64,000 bases of DNA from Iphione sp. A-MEVVRFRX5 (GCA_976226885.1 OZ320319.1:43834001-43898000); one strand, 5' to 3'; positions 13,390-25,680 are shown, numbered from the stretch's first letter. The notes: a model not told the origin generated them from the sequence alone. Numbers and translations are program-made.

Positions 13390-15170
13390 CTATTGCTCTA
13401 CCCAAACCGTTGGACCAAGTTATAGGTGACAGAGATGATACATAAAATGACTCAGATAACAAGAACACTTATTAAGACAGTGGTGATGATCTTCCTGATG
13501 ACAGTGATGTACACTCTAATGAGAATACATGGGAGGATATGGAAAGTGGTATCAAGACTGACGATTACTCCTTTGATGGGAATAAACCAGGCTTGCAAGA
13601 ACATGTAAACCTTGACTGTACTAACAAACCTGTAAATAAATGAAATAAATTCTAAGTATGACAGAGCTGATAAAGAGTGGTATACTATAAATAGATTTCA
13701 CTATGATATAACCATTTCCAAGGTCTTCCTCCCAAACAAAATGAAAGTAATAAATAATCATAAAACAAAACAACTTGTTACAGATTCCGCCAGACTCCAG
13801 CACTTCTTGGGCATATAATGCTTGAAGGATATTTTGCCCTTGAAAGCAAACATTGATTCATCTATGGAAATTTGTCTCTGGGGTCTGTAGATGGAAGATG
13901 CAATATCATTGAAAGCTTCACCACCCGGTCCGCTCTCCAAGTAGGGCAATATGCCTTGTCTGTCTTGTGTGGAGTCTGAGCATAATCATAAAAGCAAACG
14001 TAGCCGCAAGATGATTCAGTATATATAAGAATACAAAACTTGACCAATAGTCCCACCTGTTGTTTTTTAGTGTGACCTAGACATAAAAGTTAGCTTCTCT
14101 GGGTGGAGAGAACGGCCATCCTTTCAATTGTCAACGAGTAGTGTTTCAACTTTGGGTTTTGGACCAGTACCACAAGGAAGACCAGGCCAAAAAAAGACTG
14201 AATCTCTTCAACTGTAACTGCCCTGTCATGTCAACTACCATGTTCAGAAATGAGAGTGGCAAAAACAGACAGAGATAATCAATGGGTCATGTGATGCAAC
14301 TACTACCTTACTATGGCAAAGAAGATCGGGGACGTCTCTCCCTGAGGGATTGTGTTGTCGAAAGGCTTGTGTGCTGCTGATTCATATGGTCAACGGTACC
14401 ATCTCTATTAAGATAATTATAATACTTCCGTGCAAGTTTTCAATTCTGTCATGCTAAAACGTGTATTTTGATGTGGAACGATTAGGAGAAATCCTCATGG
14501 CCTTCCTAAAGATTTATTTGCTAAAAAGCAAACAAAACTTGGAGAAGACAGAGGCTCTTATGTCTTAAGGAAATGGTGTAATGTTACACTAACAATATGG
14601 AGAGATCGCAGAGAGGTCCATGGCATATCCACTATAGATAATACAATGTTGTCCAATGTTTCTAGGTCTATGAAAAATGAGAAGACACGTTATTTTGACA
14701 AGTCAAATGTTGTATACCCTGAGAGTATTGTAGACTACACTAGATACATGGGGGAAGGAGGAGTGGAGGTTGATCTCAGTGATCACTTGAGGCATTACTA
14801 CGTGTTCAGTAAGTGGAAAATGAAATTTATTTGGAATATATAGAGGTAATGAAATTGAATGCATGTATCCTCTACAATTCCCAACAGGAAAATCGGAAAC
14901 CATTATTTGACTTCCACAGCTGTGCAGAATCTCTGAACTCCTCCTTCCTTGCAAGTAAATCTGTCCCTGGGCCAGCAAAAGTAAACCCACCACAAGATAG
15001 GAGATTGACAACAAGATGCATGCCCTCTGAAATTGGCACGAGATCTTACTGCATGGTGTGCTATGCACAAAGGAGAACTGATTCATCCAAATCACTTAGT
15101 CAAAACAAAAAGGGGTGTTCCCAATGTGGCATATAGCTCTGCCTGCCCAGGTGTTCGCAGTCTACCACAC
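13390..15170 (+). mobile_element. Decayed piggyBac (PGBD4-like) transposase with an internal inversion
   Basis: Plus strand: acidic N-terminus, YHLY*DNYNTS, CGTIRRNPHGLPK, WRDRREVHGIST, VDYTRYMG..VDLSDH, and a Cys-rich tail CMVC..CSQC..LC. Minus strand about 13720-14320: TVEEIQSFFGL and ISIDESMFAFKGKISFKHYMPKK. A further weak PGBD-like piece (KDE*MHMLS) is on the minus strand near 13270-13400. Confidence 0.85.
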
Positions 15171-15639
15171 TGGCCGCAACTGTCAATCCCATCGAAAAAT
15201 AAGATTGTATGAGCACGACTTCTATCTATGTACAAATCTCACAAATATGAATGATAGTCTCTTGTGACAAGACTATTAGGGAGTTACAATGAAATGATTC
15301 TACCTTAACCAAAATCAAAAGATTCCATCTAAACCCTATCCTGGTGGCTGTTGCCCAGAGGCACTCCCGGGTCAACATCGGCGAATGCCTCCAAGCATTC
15401 CCATGTAAATGTTGGGTGATGCCTAAAGGCATTAAATTTACTATCATATATTTATTCCATCAAGTATGGAAATTATAATTAGAATTTAATGATATTTGGG
15501 AAAATATAGTCAAATTGTTACTTTTTTAGATGGAAGAGGAGGGGAGAATCAATTTGACAGAGATAGAATGTTAATGACATGTTTTTGAATGGAAAGCCTG
15601 TTCCATGTTGGCTCATCGGCCGCTACTCACCCAGCATAC

Positions 15640-17820
15640 TGGGCAACAACCCAGTGCCTATGAATTTCATTCAATTATTACTGCTGGAGATGGAATCAGA
15701 TGAAGATTTTTCTCCAATTGACAGCGACTGGGCAGATGGGCTCAACCTGGCTGCAAATATGCGTATAAATCATCAACAGTGAAAATTTGCATGAAAATGA
15801 GAGTACCGATGAGAACGGCACTGAAGAGTGCGAACATCTGGAAGCGAGCACTGACGATGAATGAGCTGACGCAGACTGGTTACCACCCATGGGTCAAATA
15901 GTTATTCCCCCTACTTCATCAATATTGAAAGGTAAGTGTATGTACCTCGACAGCAGGTATCTGTCAATTCAATGAGACAATGATCAAACAAAGTGAGACT
16001 CTCTTTCAAACAATATGTACCCAGCAAACTGACAAAATGCTGGGTTTTAGCAGAGAAAGCTTCACAGCATGTATGTCACCATGTGCCTTATTATTTTGTA
16101 ACTTTATTTAGACTAGAACCTTATACATCGTAGTATTTACATCCAGTGTGACCACTTACAATATACCCATATACTGTATATAAGATATGAGATTAAATGT
16201 GATGAGATATTTACAATGAGCGTTGGCTCACACACCCGTCATATTTGTCATCAAGTTCACTAATGACCTTAAAAATTCCTTCACAATCAAAGTCTAGTAC
16301 CTTATCTTTGACCGTTGTCTGCAGCGTTGCACACAGATCACGTCTGCATCGATGTTAATACCCTTTGCATAGCCTGGACCACATTCCCCTTGTCTAATTT
16401 ATCATGCATTCGTTATCTCATGGCCAGACGACATCTGCCATGTTATAGGAGAGAATTTTTGGTTAAAGGGCATCGATCCTTAGTTTGTATTGCACTTTTG
16501 TTAGCTGTTCACTCTTTGCTGGTAGTTTATCCATCGACAGACTGCCTATAAATTCAGGGGATGCTTTGTATCCTTCCCTCTGTGGGTTTTGTCTGACAAA
16601 ACGATATTTTCTTGTACCTCTCGTATTGCCCTGGGGATCGTGACTACCCTCACTATTGCATGCCCTCTCATACATATGCAGCAACAACTGCCTATTTCTT
16701 CTTTTTTCTAGTGACAAACACTTAGCTTTCTCCAGGCTTTCTTGCATATTTCTACCCCCATCTACGATCACTCTTATAGCTCTATTGTATAGGGCATTCA
16801 TCCTTCTAAAGTCTTCACTATTTGTTTTCGTTAAGGCTATTAAGCCATATTCAATTACCGGTAAAATTGTAGCCTTCAATAGCATAATTATATCCTTCCT
16901 ACCTAGAATACAGGTCTTTTTTCTTGCATATCTAATCTTCCCAGAGACTCGCCTAAAGACATCATTAACATGTTGTGAGGAGAATAATGTGTCATCAAGC
17001 AAGATGCCTAGGTATCTATAGCATGAAACTCTCTCGATATCATCATCTTTGCCCTCATTTAAATTTCTGTGTATGTATGATCGCACCTTCATCAACGCTG
17101 CCATTGTGCAGTTCCCCCTCCGAGATCCATACTGGCAACTACTCAGTAGATCGTAATTCTCCAAATATCTGCATAACTGATCAAATACCAATGACTACAT
17201 AATTTTTGCAAAGGTTTTTTGGTAGAGTAGATTTGGGTAAATTCTCTCTGTCTGAGCATGTTGTATTCAATTTATTGAAAAAGGCCAAAATGCTTGGAAA
17301 GGGCTACCAGATTTTTATGTATGGCTATATCAGCAGTGTCCCCTTGATCAAACGTCTATTGCAATATTCTCATGGAAAAAACAAGAGAATTTCCACAAAG
17401 GTTCAATGTATTTTATGAGAAATGATGATTTATTGTTGTCATTGTGGAGGGATAAGCATCTCATCTATGTACTGTTATTGAAGCAATAAAAATAAGTGCA
17501 ATGATTTTTATCATGAGACTGTTGAAAAGAAAATGACTCTCCTGTAGTTCAATATGGAAATGATTCACAAAATGTTTTCAACCTGTGTAACCATCGTTAG
17601 GCCAACTGTCCCACCTGATGAGAAAAGCCTATCTTATTTCTGTCAACCTGGGCAACAAGAGTTTTTGTCATGTTTATTATGAAAGATTTGTTGATAGTCT
17701 CCAGGCTCGAAAAAGCCAAATGAAATATGGATGCAAGGAGTGTGGTGTACATCTATGTACACTGAAATGCTTCACTGTATATGATACAGTAAGAGAATAA
17801 GTGTATCGGTGAGGAATGAA
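15640..17820 (+). mobile_element. Second decayed piggyBac transposase, split by a LINE insertion
   Basis: DEDFSPIDSD acidic N-terminus, a degenerate YVPRQQVS / SFKQYVPSK / CWVLAE segment (15940-16070), then after 17195 LSEHVVFNLL..LGKGYQIF and the C-terminal YGCKECGVHLCTLKCF. Confidence 0.8.
16080..17195 (-). mobile_element. LINE (CR1/L2 group) 3' fragment nested in piggyBac, with a 242-aa open RT remnant at 16463-17191
   Basis: LLSSCQYGSR..TMAAL, then directly IERVSCYRYLGILLD, ILPVIEYG, YNRAIRVI, LSLEKRR. The RT core including YADD is deleted in frame. Confidence 0.85.
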
Positions 17821-18180
17821 CCCACTCACCTGATTGTAAAATGGCCACGTGTGCATCACCAAAAAAACTTCAATAACCTACCTTATTCTTGACTTATATT
17901 TATAAATTATCCAATTCATGTTACATCCATATGTAAAATAATAACCCCATGGCATATCCTCATGTATATATCCAGCAGATGATTATCCAAGTAAATAATC
18001 CATCTGATATTAAATTCCAAGCCTCACTCTCAACTAAATTCACAATAATGTCCGAAGAGTCCTTATATATATTTTCTAGTAACCCATTTTCTCAAGACAG
18101 TTGAATTATCCATATGTAAAATAGTACTCTCCATTGCATATCTTCGTGTGTACACTGAACATATGACGTTGCAGGATGTG

Positions 18181-18888
18181 GTTTTGGATCATGAATGGGG
18201 GCCTTAAACAAAGCTGCAGGGGCCTGAAGCCCCCTAAGATGTAAGGCAGAGGAATACTTCCACTTCAATATATAGTTCCCTAAGATGGCCTGAGGCCTCC
18301 CCAAACAAACTGAGTCTATGTTGATATGATGACTCAATGATGTTACACCTACGGGGGTCTAAGGACTCCCTTCTGATATGGAGAGGGGGCCGAAGGAAAT
18401 GTTTATTTCTTTAATGGAGAGCGGGCCTAAGGACACGTTAGTTTTATGTATTGGGGCCTAAGGACACCTTTTACTGAAGTATAGCGGGCCTAAGGACACC
18501 TTTCTGGTATAGACCTAAAGGACAATTTTTCGATATGAAGGAGGCCTAAGGACATCTTTCTGTTATCGAGAGGGGGTCCAAGGACACCTTTTATGAAGAG
18601 GGGGCCTAGGGACACCTTTACCTCATGTAGAAGGGGGGCCTAAGGATACCTTCCTCTCACATAGAGAGGGCCTAAGGACACCTCACATGTATAAAGGGCC
18701 TAAGGACACCTTTCTGTTATGGAGAGGGGGCCTAAGGCATCATTCTTATGGTTATGGGGGGGCCTAAGGACACCTTTCTCATGTAAATGGGGGGCCTAAG
18801 GACACCTTTCTTTCACACACCATAAGTCTTGCAGATTCCTGTGCAAGTTTGGTGAGGGAGCCTGAGGCCCCCATTCATGATACAAAAC
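18181..18888. mobile_element. About 700-bp non-autonomous DNA element with about 25-bp TIRs enclosing a GGGCCTAAGGACACC minisatellite
   Basis: GTTTTGGATCATGAATGGGGGCCT at left and the inverted copy AGGCCCCCATTCATGATACAAAAC at right (one mismatch). About 15 internal units with a period of about 30-33 bp at 18354-18810. Confidence 0.75.
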
Positions 18889-19249
18889 TGTGCCATGACG
18901 TTACAAGTAGATAATCCATCTGATATCAAAATGCAAATGTCACTCAGTAATAAGTCCACAATAATAATATTGTTTATTGTCCAACATCCATCTTCCTCAT
19001 GGAAGCTCTTCAGATACAGACAGATAATTCTCGATTGTATACACACTGATTTCAACTATATGTTTTGCATATGACAGACTTGGCTAAACTATTTAATTAC
19101 ACATTGATAGCTTGTACAGTCTTTATGCGTTTTTTTAAAGTCAACAACTACAGCAATAATTTATCAAGTGTTATAGATAGAATCACTTAAATGTCATATT
19201 ACATTAAATGACATTATTCCAGATTTCAACGTTGTACATGCATTTATGT

Positions 19250-19720
19250 TACACTGTTTTAAGGTATTTATGCAATGCACTATTCATAGAACTTGCCCTT
19301 ACATCTAATGGCAGTTCATTCCACCATATAACGCCTTGATGGAAAATTGACCTTCTTACAATTTTCTGTTTAGCATTCGGTACCTGTAGTCTTACTGATT
19401 TGCCTACATGCGTGTTGGTTTTCTTTCTTCTTTGTACTTTCCCTGATCTATACAGGTGATCAACTAGTTTTATGCTTGCTTATTGAATGCATTTGTCTAC
19501 TGTGTCAATATTATACTTTAAGTGCAAATGTTTAGCTGATGTCCTGGTTGAGTTACACAGTAGACACTTTAGGCATTTGTTGTACACTTGCCTTAATTTC
19601 AACATTGTTTTCTTGCTCTAAAATTCTAAAATGTTCTAAAATTCTAAAATGTTCTAAAATTCTTATATTTCCGGTGACTAATTCCCTCGAGATAATTGAA
19701 TTATTAATGGAAAAATGCCT
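19250..19720 (-). mobile_element. LINE RT 3'-end fragment
   Basis: GKSVRLQVPNAKQKIVRRSIFHQGVIWWNELPLDVR is a typical post-RT motif. An 18-bp tandem duplication lies at 19617-19662. Confidence 0.6.
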
Positions 19721-20480
19721 TGTACATGATCGCATTGGTAGCACATATAACGTGTTTCGACGCTCCGTGCACTGACCCTCCACTTCTTGGATTGTGTCAT
19801 AATGACATGCTGCCTTGTGGTACATGATCACTCTTGTTCCGATCCACCCATCACATAACGAAGTGCTCACAGTACACCAAAATAGAAGGAACATCCATAT
19901 GGTGCGTGAGAGTAATGCCTGACGTTTCCCCATCAACAGTGCGAAACGAGCAGACCACACCCCCATGCTGACACACATTTTCTGGAGGCTCCACGCAACG
20001 TATGCATCTTTTAAATATCTTTAAGGCAACAGTGCAGTAGAGACTTGTTAGTTTTTACTAGCACATAAATATAATCTATGGGTCTACTTTCTAACTTTTT
20101 TTGGAAAAAAAACTGTAGAACAGATTACAGTCCGTCAGCATCTACTAGCCCTGCGCCTTCTGGCGTACCTCATGTGATACAGTGATTTTATTTTGACACT
20201 CATGCTGTTGAAATAGTCCACTATGATCTGGGGTATTTCTTTGCTACTTCCAAATCGTCAGCATGGAGTCATCTTTTGCGTGCACGTAAGTATGGAAATA
20301 GTCATCTAATCCTTACTTGAGCGATCCTTTACTGCTTTTTTCATATACTTCTATGACAAAAATGAACGTGGGACCTGTAGAACATGGAAGCTAGTCTAAA
20401 ATATGGTCTATGTTTAGTCCAAAGTACAAATGCATGGCAGCAGTCCCGTTGATAAAAATAACAATGCCGATAAACCTGGA
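19700..20480 (-). pseudogene. Unidentified decayed, apparently intron-containing coding sequence
   Basis: About 230 codons of protein-like sequence across a few stops and frameshifts (PTFIFVIEVYEK..LDDYFHTYVHAKDD..IIVDYFN..LYHMRY..GLVDADGL..TVDGETSGITLTHHMDVPSILVYCEHF..GGSVHGASKHVICAT..YKAFF). Acceptor-like sites TTCTACAG and TTCTTCCAG lie at about 20370 and 20475. Confidence 0.4.
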
Positions 20481-20749
20481 AGAATAGGAACATGAACCAT
20501 ACCAGAAATATGCACACATGACAGATGGGCCTTGACTAGTTCAGGTTGCTAAAACATTTGATAAATACTTCTGTTAATCTGACAGATGTATCCAACCATG
20601 GTTTCAGCAAGAAAAATTACATTTTATGGATATTAGTTTTCATACGATTTTACTGTCCATAATCACCTGTACATAACAATATTATAAAGCTGCCCATGGC
20701 CTATACAAAAGTAGGACGGAAATGAGTAGAGACAGCTTGACTACTCAGA

Positions 20750-21300
20750 TGCCATGTTGCTTGGATGGTTGACTCTGTGGCCCATGGTATCTTTCTTCTG
20801 GCCCTGCAAGGACAGCATTACAGGCGATATGCCCATGACTGTTTGGTCAGCATTTCGTATTTTTGCATGCCCTGTCCTAGCGGAGTGCCGAAATAACTAG
20901 AGTTTGGTGCCATCGATGACTACTGACAATACCCACTGCCTGCCTAGATAATTCGGACTTCTGGCATGTCATATTGTCAGAGTCAGCTGTGGGTGTCAGG
21001 TAAAGTCTTACGTTCCCAAGCAGGAACTTGTGATAGTGGGTAGAGATGCTGGGCTAACAGACGAAAGCATCTGAACGAGGAATAGTGGGGACTAATTGAA
21101 ACCTCGTCTACACATGATGCTTCAACTTATGATAGAAGACTCGCTGAATGTAACAGGTTAGATTGTGGCAGAACTGGAAGTAGTAGGTTGCGATGCTATG
21201 TTGACAGAGGGTAATGTTAAATAGTTGTCAATGATGCTGGATTCAGGCTCATAGGCAGGAACGTTCGTAGGGGGTATCTGAAAGTAGAGAGTTGGAACTC
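20750..21300 (-). mobile_element. Heavily decayed LINE RT N-terminal fragment
   Basis: Pre-RT region pattern only (SPASLPTITSSCLGT-like segment resembling I-S-P-x-L-x-x-I-x-N-x-S-L). Very degenerate. Confidence 0.3.
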
Positions 21301-22109
21301 TGGTAAGCATTCAGGATGAGAGTATTTTACTACATTTCTACCACTATTAGTACACATTTACTCCATTTTCAGTTTACTTTACTACATTTCTACCACTATA
21401 GGTAGGTCTCTGGATGGGAATCATGGGCCTTTGTAGGGGAGTATTGGGCGATACCCCCGATACTCCCTTGACTAGGATCCTGGGATTGACGGAGGAAGGT
21501 GTTGGATAGCGGATAATTGGGTAAGGGTGAAGACAAAATCTATGAAAAACACAGTTAAAAATGTGTGTACATGTACATCTACTGTACACCGGTCATTTTG
21601 CCTTTGTCACGCACATACTGCACACACGTGAAGATGTACGTATGCAGATGATAGTACGCAAGAGGGGCATTGATATTTGTGCGTCTGGACTCCCACGGAA
21701 AATTATCAGGTTTGAAGATGTTCTATGAAAACCATTTTTAGCAAATGTTGTTCTACGGCCATCAAACAGACAGTAACCTATGGTGTCACACAATGAACTT
21801 TATAAACACTGTCACAAATACACACAGTCACAGACTTAAGCCAACCACTCGATACAGCCTGCCACGTGAAGTCAAACATTCAGGGATTAGTAGGAGAGAT
21901 TGTATTGTTGTGGTATAGTAGGAACTACGATGTTTTAGAATGAAGCACAAATGACTGGTATCATTTACTGTACCGGTTCTCTGATAAGAACATTTTCTTC
22001 TGGATTTGTTCATCAGTACGGAAATGGCAAGTGCTGCAAATGGCACCCAGTAGTAATTTGGACACATCAAATATGGGCAATCTGATGCATAACACAGGTA
22101 AATACTTAT

Positions 22110-23060
22110 ACATTTTCATCTTCATTGTGTCTTTAACCAGGAACTTGATATTCATCTATCATTCAAGTTGTTCTTCTATGATTATCTTCATGGGGTAGCA
22201 TACTACCATCTATTATTGCGAATTGAGAGACCAGAATACTCAGGTTTGGCCCTTACTGTTATTTGAACTAGGTTTCTGGGGTCTTTTTATGCATAAATCA
22301 CTATCTCCATGTATGCAAGTTGTCCATCTATCACCAGTGGTGTGGTGTGGACTGCCCGGACCTCCCTGTCACCTGATGCGAGGCTTATCTCCATGTACAT
22401 GGGTTATATGTACTGTCTGTATTGGCATATTTCAGGCAAATTTGCATGAGTCGTGCTGTTTTTCGGCCAAATTAGCATGAGTTTTGCCGTTTTTCAACAA
22501 AATCTGGATGAGTTTCAGCCAAATCTGCATGAGTTTTGCTGTTTTTCAGGCAAGTTTGCCTGAGTTTTGTCATTTGTTGGCCAATTTGCCTGAGTTTTGC
22601 TGTTTTTCAACCAAATTTGCATGAGTTTTGCCATTTTCAGCCCAATTTTCCTGAGTTACACCATTTTCCACCATTTTGCAGCTGAATTTGCCTGATATTT
22701 GCCTTCTTTCATGTCCATTTGCCTGGTTTGGGGCTTATTCCTGGCCTACATGGAGTGGCGGGGTCTGGGTGTCCTGCTCGTTCCCTGATCGGCTTGCACA
22801 GACGAGGTCCTTGTCGAGTCCTCCCAGTCTCCACGCATCAGGTGGTGAGTCCAGAAGGTTCATGTACATGAAGATATCGCTAAAGAGACAGAATCTTATA
22901 TACCAATAGCCTTTGTTATCAGTTGTGGACTACTCTGGATTGGGGCTACAGTAAATCTGTCTGGTCATGATCAAGAGTCCCAAGCCCAGGATTGAACCTT
23001 TTGACCTGTCAATCAGTGGACCAATGATAGTCAACACTCTTACCAACTCAGCTAACTCCC
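22110..23060 (-). mobile_element. tRNA-derived SINE, interrupted by a roughly 580-bp insert (about 22305-22890)
   Basis: Head GGGAGTTAGCTGAGTTGG with B box GGTTCAATCC (22998-22989). The body matches 59819-60060 and the tail (22110-22305) matches 58450-58630. Confidence 0.8.
22430..22690. repeat. About 30-bp tandem repeat (GCAAATTTGCATGAGTTTTGCYGTTTTTCA-like, about 8 units)
   Basis: Visible periodic AATTTGC(A/C)TGAGTTTTG motif. Confidence 0.85.
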
Positions 23061-24099
23061 TTCCCTATGTATCTCGGATACTACATTTAAAATATACAGA
23101 TCCATTTATCATTTATCAAACAACCTTTCATACTATTCTACATTAGTGTGGAAAATTGTTTTGCCTTTTTATATAAAAAAAAATCTGATTTAAGGAGTGC
23201 CAGACCTCAGCGAAGCGTAACTGTGATTCAATGGAATATATATTTATTGTCTTACATTTGATTTTATGAATGTAGCGGGCTTGAATCACAATAGAATACC
23301 ATCACCTGCCGGGTTCCCAGGTTCCTGTCCTCGTTTCATATAGCTGATGAGCTTTCTTGGAAAAATATTGAAACTTGACAGGAGAATCATCAGATACAAT
23401 AGCCTACACATACATGTCATCTGTTCACCGATTCAACATCATCTCGGATTACCTCATTCGTGGAGAAACTGCCATCAAGTGAACGCAAGCCTAATATTAT
23501 TAATGAATTACACATCGGCTCTCATGCAGCGACACAGATAATAAACCACATTTAAAGCATGGCGGCTATCTGTTTTTTCTCTATTGGCCTATATGGCGAA
23601 GTGTGCGTAATGTCATTGTTTGGATTAGCATTTGGAGGTGTGGCAGATTGTCAGACCAGAACGGGCTCTACTCGGTATGTAACTATAACATAGCCAACAC
23701 CTGAGAGCATGACTACCTGCTCATGGCTTACCACATTCCATACTCGACAAGGACATGAAGGATCACATGTAAACAATAAATTGTAGCGTATTCCAGCAAG
23801 CAGAAATGGTCGTAAATATGTAAACATCCACTATCAATTTTAATTACGTTTCATCCTGTGGAATATTTTAATGTCATGAGGGTTATTGACATAAAAGATT
23901 TTAACTAGTTATATTTGACTATACTACCAGCACTAAACTGTAAAAATTGAATTTTAATTCTAACCAATGATACGTGGCTTTACAGTAGTAAACATTGTGG
24001 AAATCCAAGAAGACAACCAAAAGATAAATTTCTTGGAAAGGCGAACAAGATGCTGTATATTTGGTTCAGTTCCCATATGTTTTCATTATTAGAACACCC

Positions 24100-24246
24100 C
24101 TTAACTATGGATTTTGTATGTTTTAAGTGTCTGACCAACTACTCAGACCATCGATATTTGGGCTATATCGCTTCGTGATACTTGCCCAAATGTCGCGGGT
24201 CGTAGTCGTTGGTTAGACACATCAATCACCAAAATCCATACTTAAG
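24100..24246. mobile_element. Foldback MITE with TTAA at both ends
   Basis: CTTAACTATGGATTTTG...GTGTCTGACCAAC...ATTTGGGC pairs with GCCCAAAT...GTTGGTTAGACAC...CAAAATCCATACTTAAG. Confidence 0.7.
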
Positions 24247-24680
24247 TGGTTAGCCTAAATTCCTTGTGCTAACCGAGTAACTTAACATATTTGAGAACTC
24301 ATCTGTGAAGAACTTTCTGGCACCACATTCACACACGGGCTATAAGTAATATTCGGACAACATGATCCGATCCTCGCCATTACTAAACTGTTTACATCTG
24401 GCTCTGAGCAAGAGGCCACGCTTACAGTTACACCATATACATGTATCATGCATAACCAATGGAAGCACATCAATGCCCTACATTGTACTGATGGTGAGCA
24501 AGAGATAGATGCTTGGATTAACACGCTGTGCACGATATCTTATTCGTGGACGAACCGTTGCTATCTGACCACGATCGGCTTCCGACGATAGCCACCATAC
24601 ATACTTAGGTCAGATTTATATAGTAACCATTACCAACTGGCCATAAGCAGCTTTCGCCTTACAATAAGTTACTCGATGAC

Positions 24681-24856
24681 CAGGCCCGTAGCCAAGGGGG
24701 TATCTGGGATATCGTCCAATACCCCCCCCCCCACACACACACACAAAACCAAATACCTGAAGGCCAGCATACACATGGTCTCCAGGAGTTCCACCTCTGG
24801 GGTATTGTGGGGGGGGGGGGGGTATCGTCCCACAACAACTCTTGGCTACGGGCCGA
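24681..24856. mobile_element. hAT-like MITE, about 175 bp
   Basis: Perfect 14-bp TIR GGCCCGTAGCCAAG / CTTGGCTACGGGCC. ATGACC occurs on both flanks (an imperfect TSD). Confidence 0.75.
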
Positions 24857-25396
24857 ATGACCATTATCATTTGAATTCATACGCTGTCGATAAGCAGACT
24901 AACCGCTCTGTATAACCAGGACTAACATTTTATTCATAAAATAACTATTAATTGCAAACTAACCAAGGCCACATTTTACCTACGCACCAACTGGGTTTGT
25001 GAACTACCTATGAGTAGCAGGCTCCAACCTAAATTATTTATTGTCCATAAAGGAAATCCGGCTCTAGGTCTATCGACTCATGATTATTACTATTAGATCC
25101 AGTACACAACATACAGACGCCATGACCTATGGCAGCTGAAAGTGCAAGCACAAGCAGTACAAGGTCGGCCATGCACGAACTAAGCCACCCACGCCTACCA
25201 CAGGCCACCATGCCGCTCCCATAAAAAAAAACACTCCCGGCCTTTTATCGGCAACGACCGCCGTAAACACGCTGTTTGTCAGCCATTTTCTTCGACGACT
25301 TTTCAAAGTTATCAAGAAATGATTGAGTTTGTATTGCGCTGACGAGAGAGAAGGCCGTACCATTCCATATTCAAATGTGCGTCTCTTAGCGCTAAC

Positions 25397-25680
25397 GGGA
25401 GGGCGTGGCTGGGGTGGGATGAGGGTGGGTGGGTCAGGAGGTGGTTGCTGATTGGTGTCTGCAGGAGGAGGCGTATGACGTCATGTGACGTCAGATGCTT
25501 CAGTGCTGCAGCCTCCATGTGGAAATCTGTTGTCTCACGTAAGAGACCCTCCTCCCCCTCCCTCCTTTCTCTTCCCTCCCTATCTTCTCCCTCTTCTCTT
25601 CCCTCCCTGCTCCCTCCCTCTCTTCCTCCTATCGCCAGTAATATTGGTATAAAGCGCCGACGGCACGGTCGCCACGACCA
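25397..25680 (+). promoter_or_regulatory. Probable promoter of the CCK/sulfakinin gene
   Basis: GC box GGGCGTGGC (25401), inverted CCAAT CTGATTGG (25448), two perfect CREs TGACGTCA (25476 and 25486), a CT-rich tract (about 25546-25630), and TATAAA (25648-25653). CpG-rich compared with its flanks. Confidence 0.7.

Noticed and set aside
18354-18810. Repeat-spacer array resembling CRISPR
   Set aside because: The context is eukaryotic, the spacers are short, uneven and partly similar to each other, there are no cas genes, and the array is enclosed by transposon-like TIRs.
23320-23385. Hammerhead ribozyme (CTGATGA...GAAAC)
   Set aside because: No convincing stem II or stem I, and no GUC/NUH in the right register. 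At best a dead relic. An Infernal search with hammerhead models would settle it.
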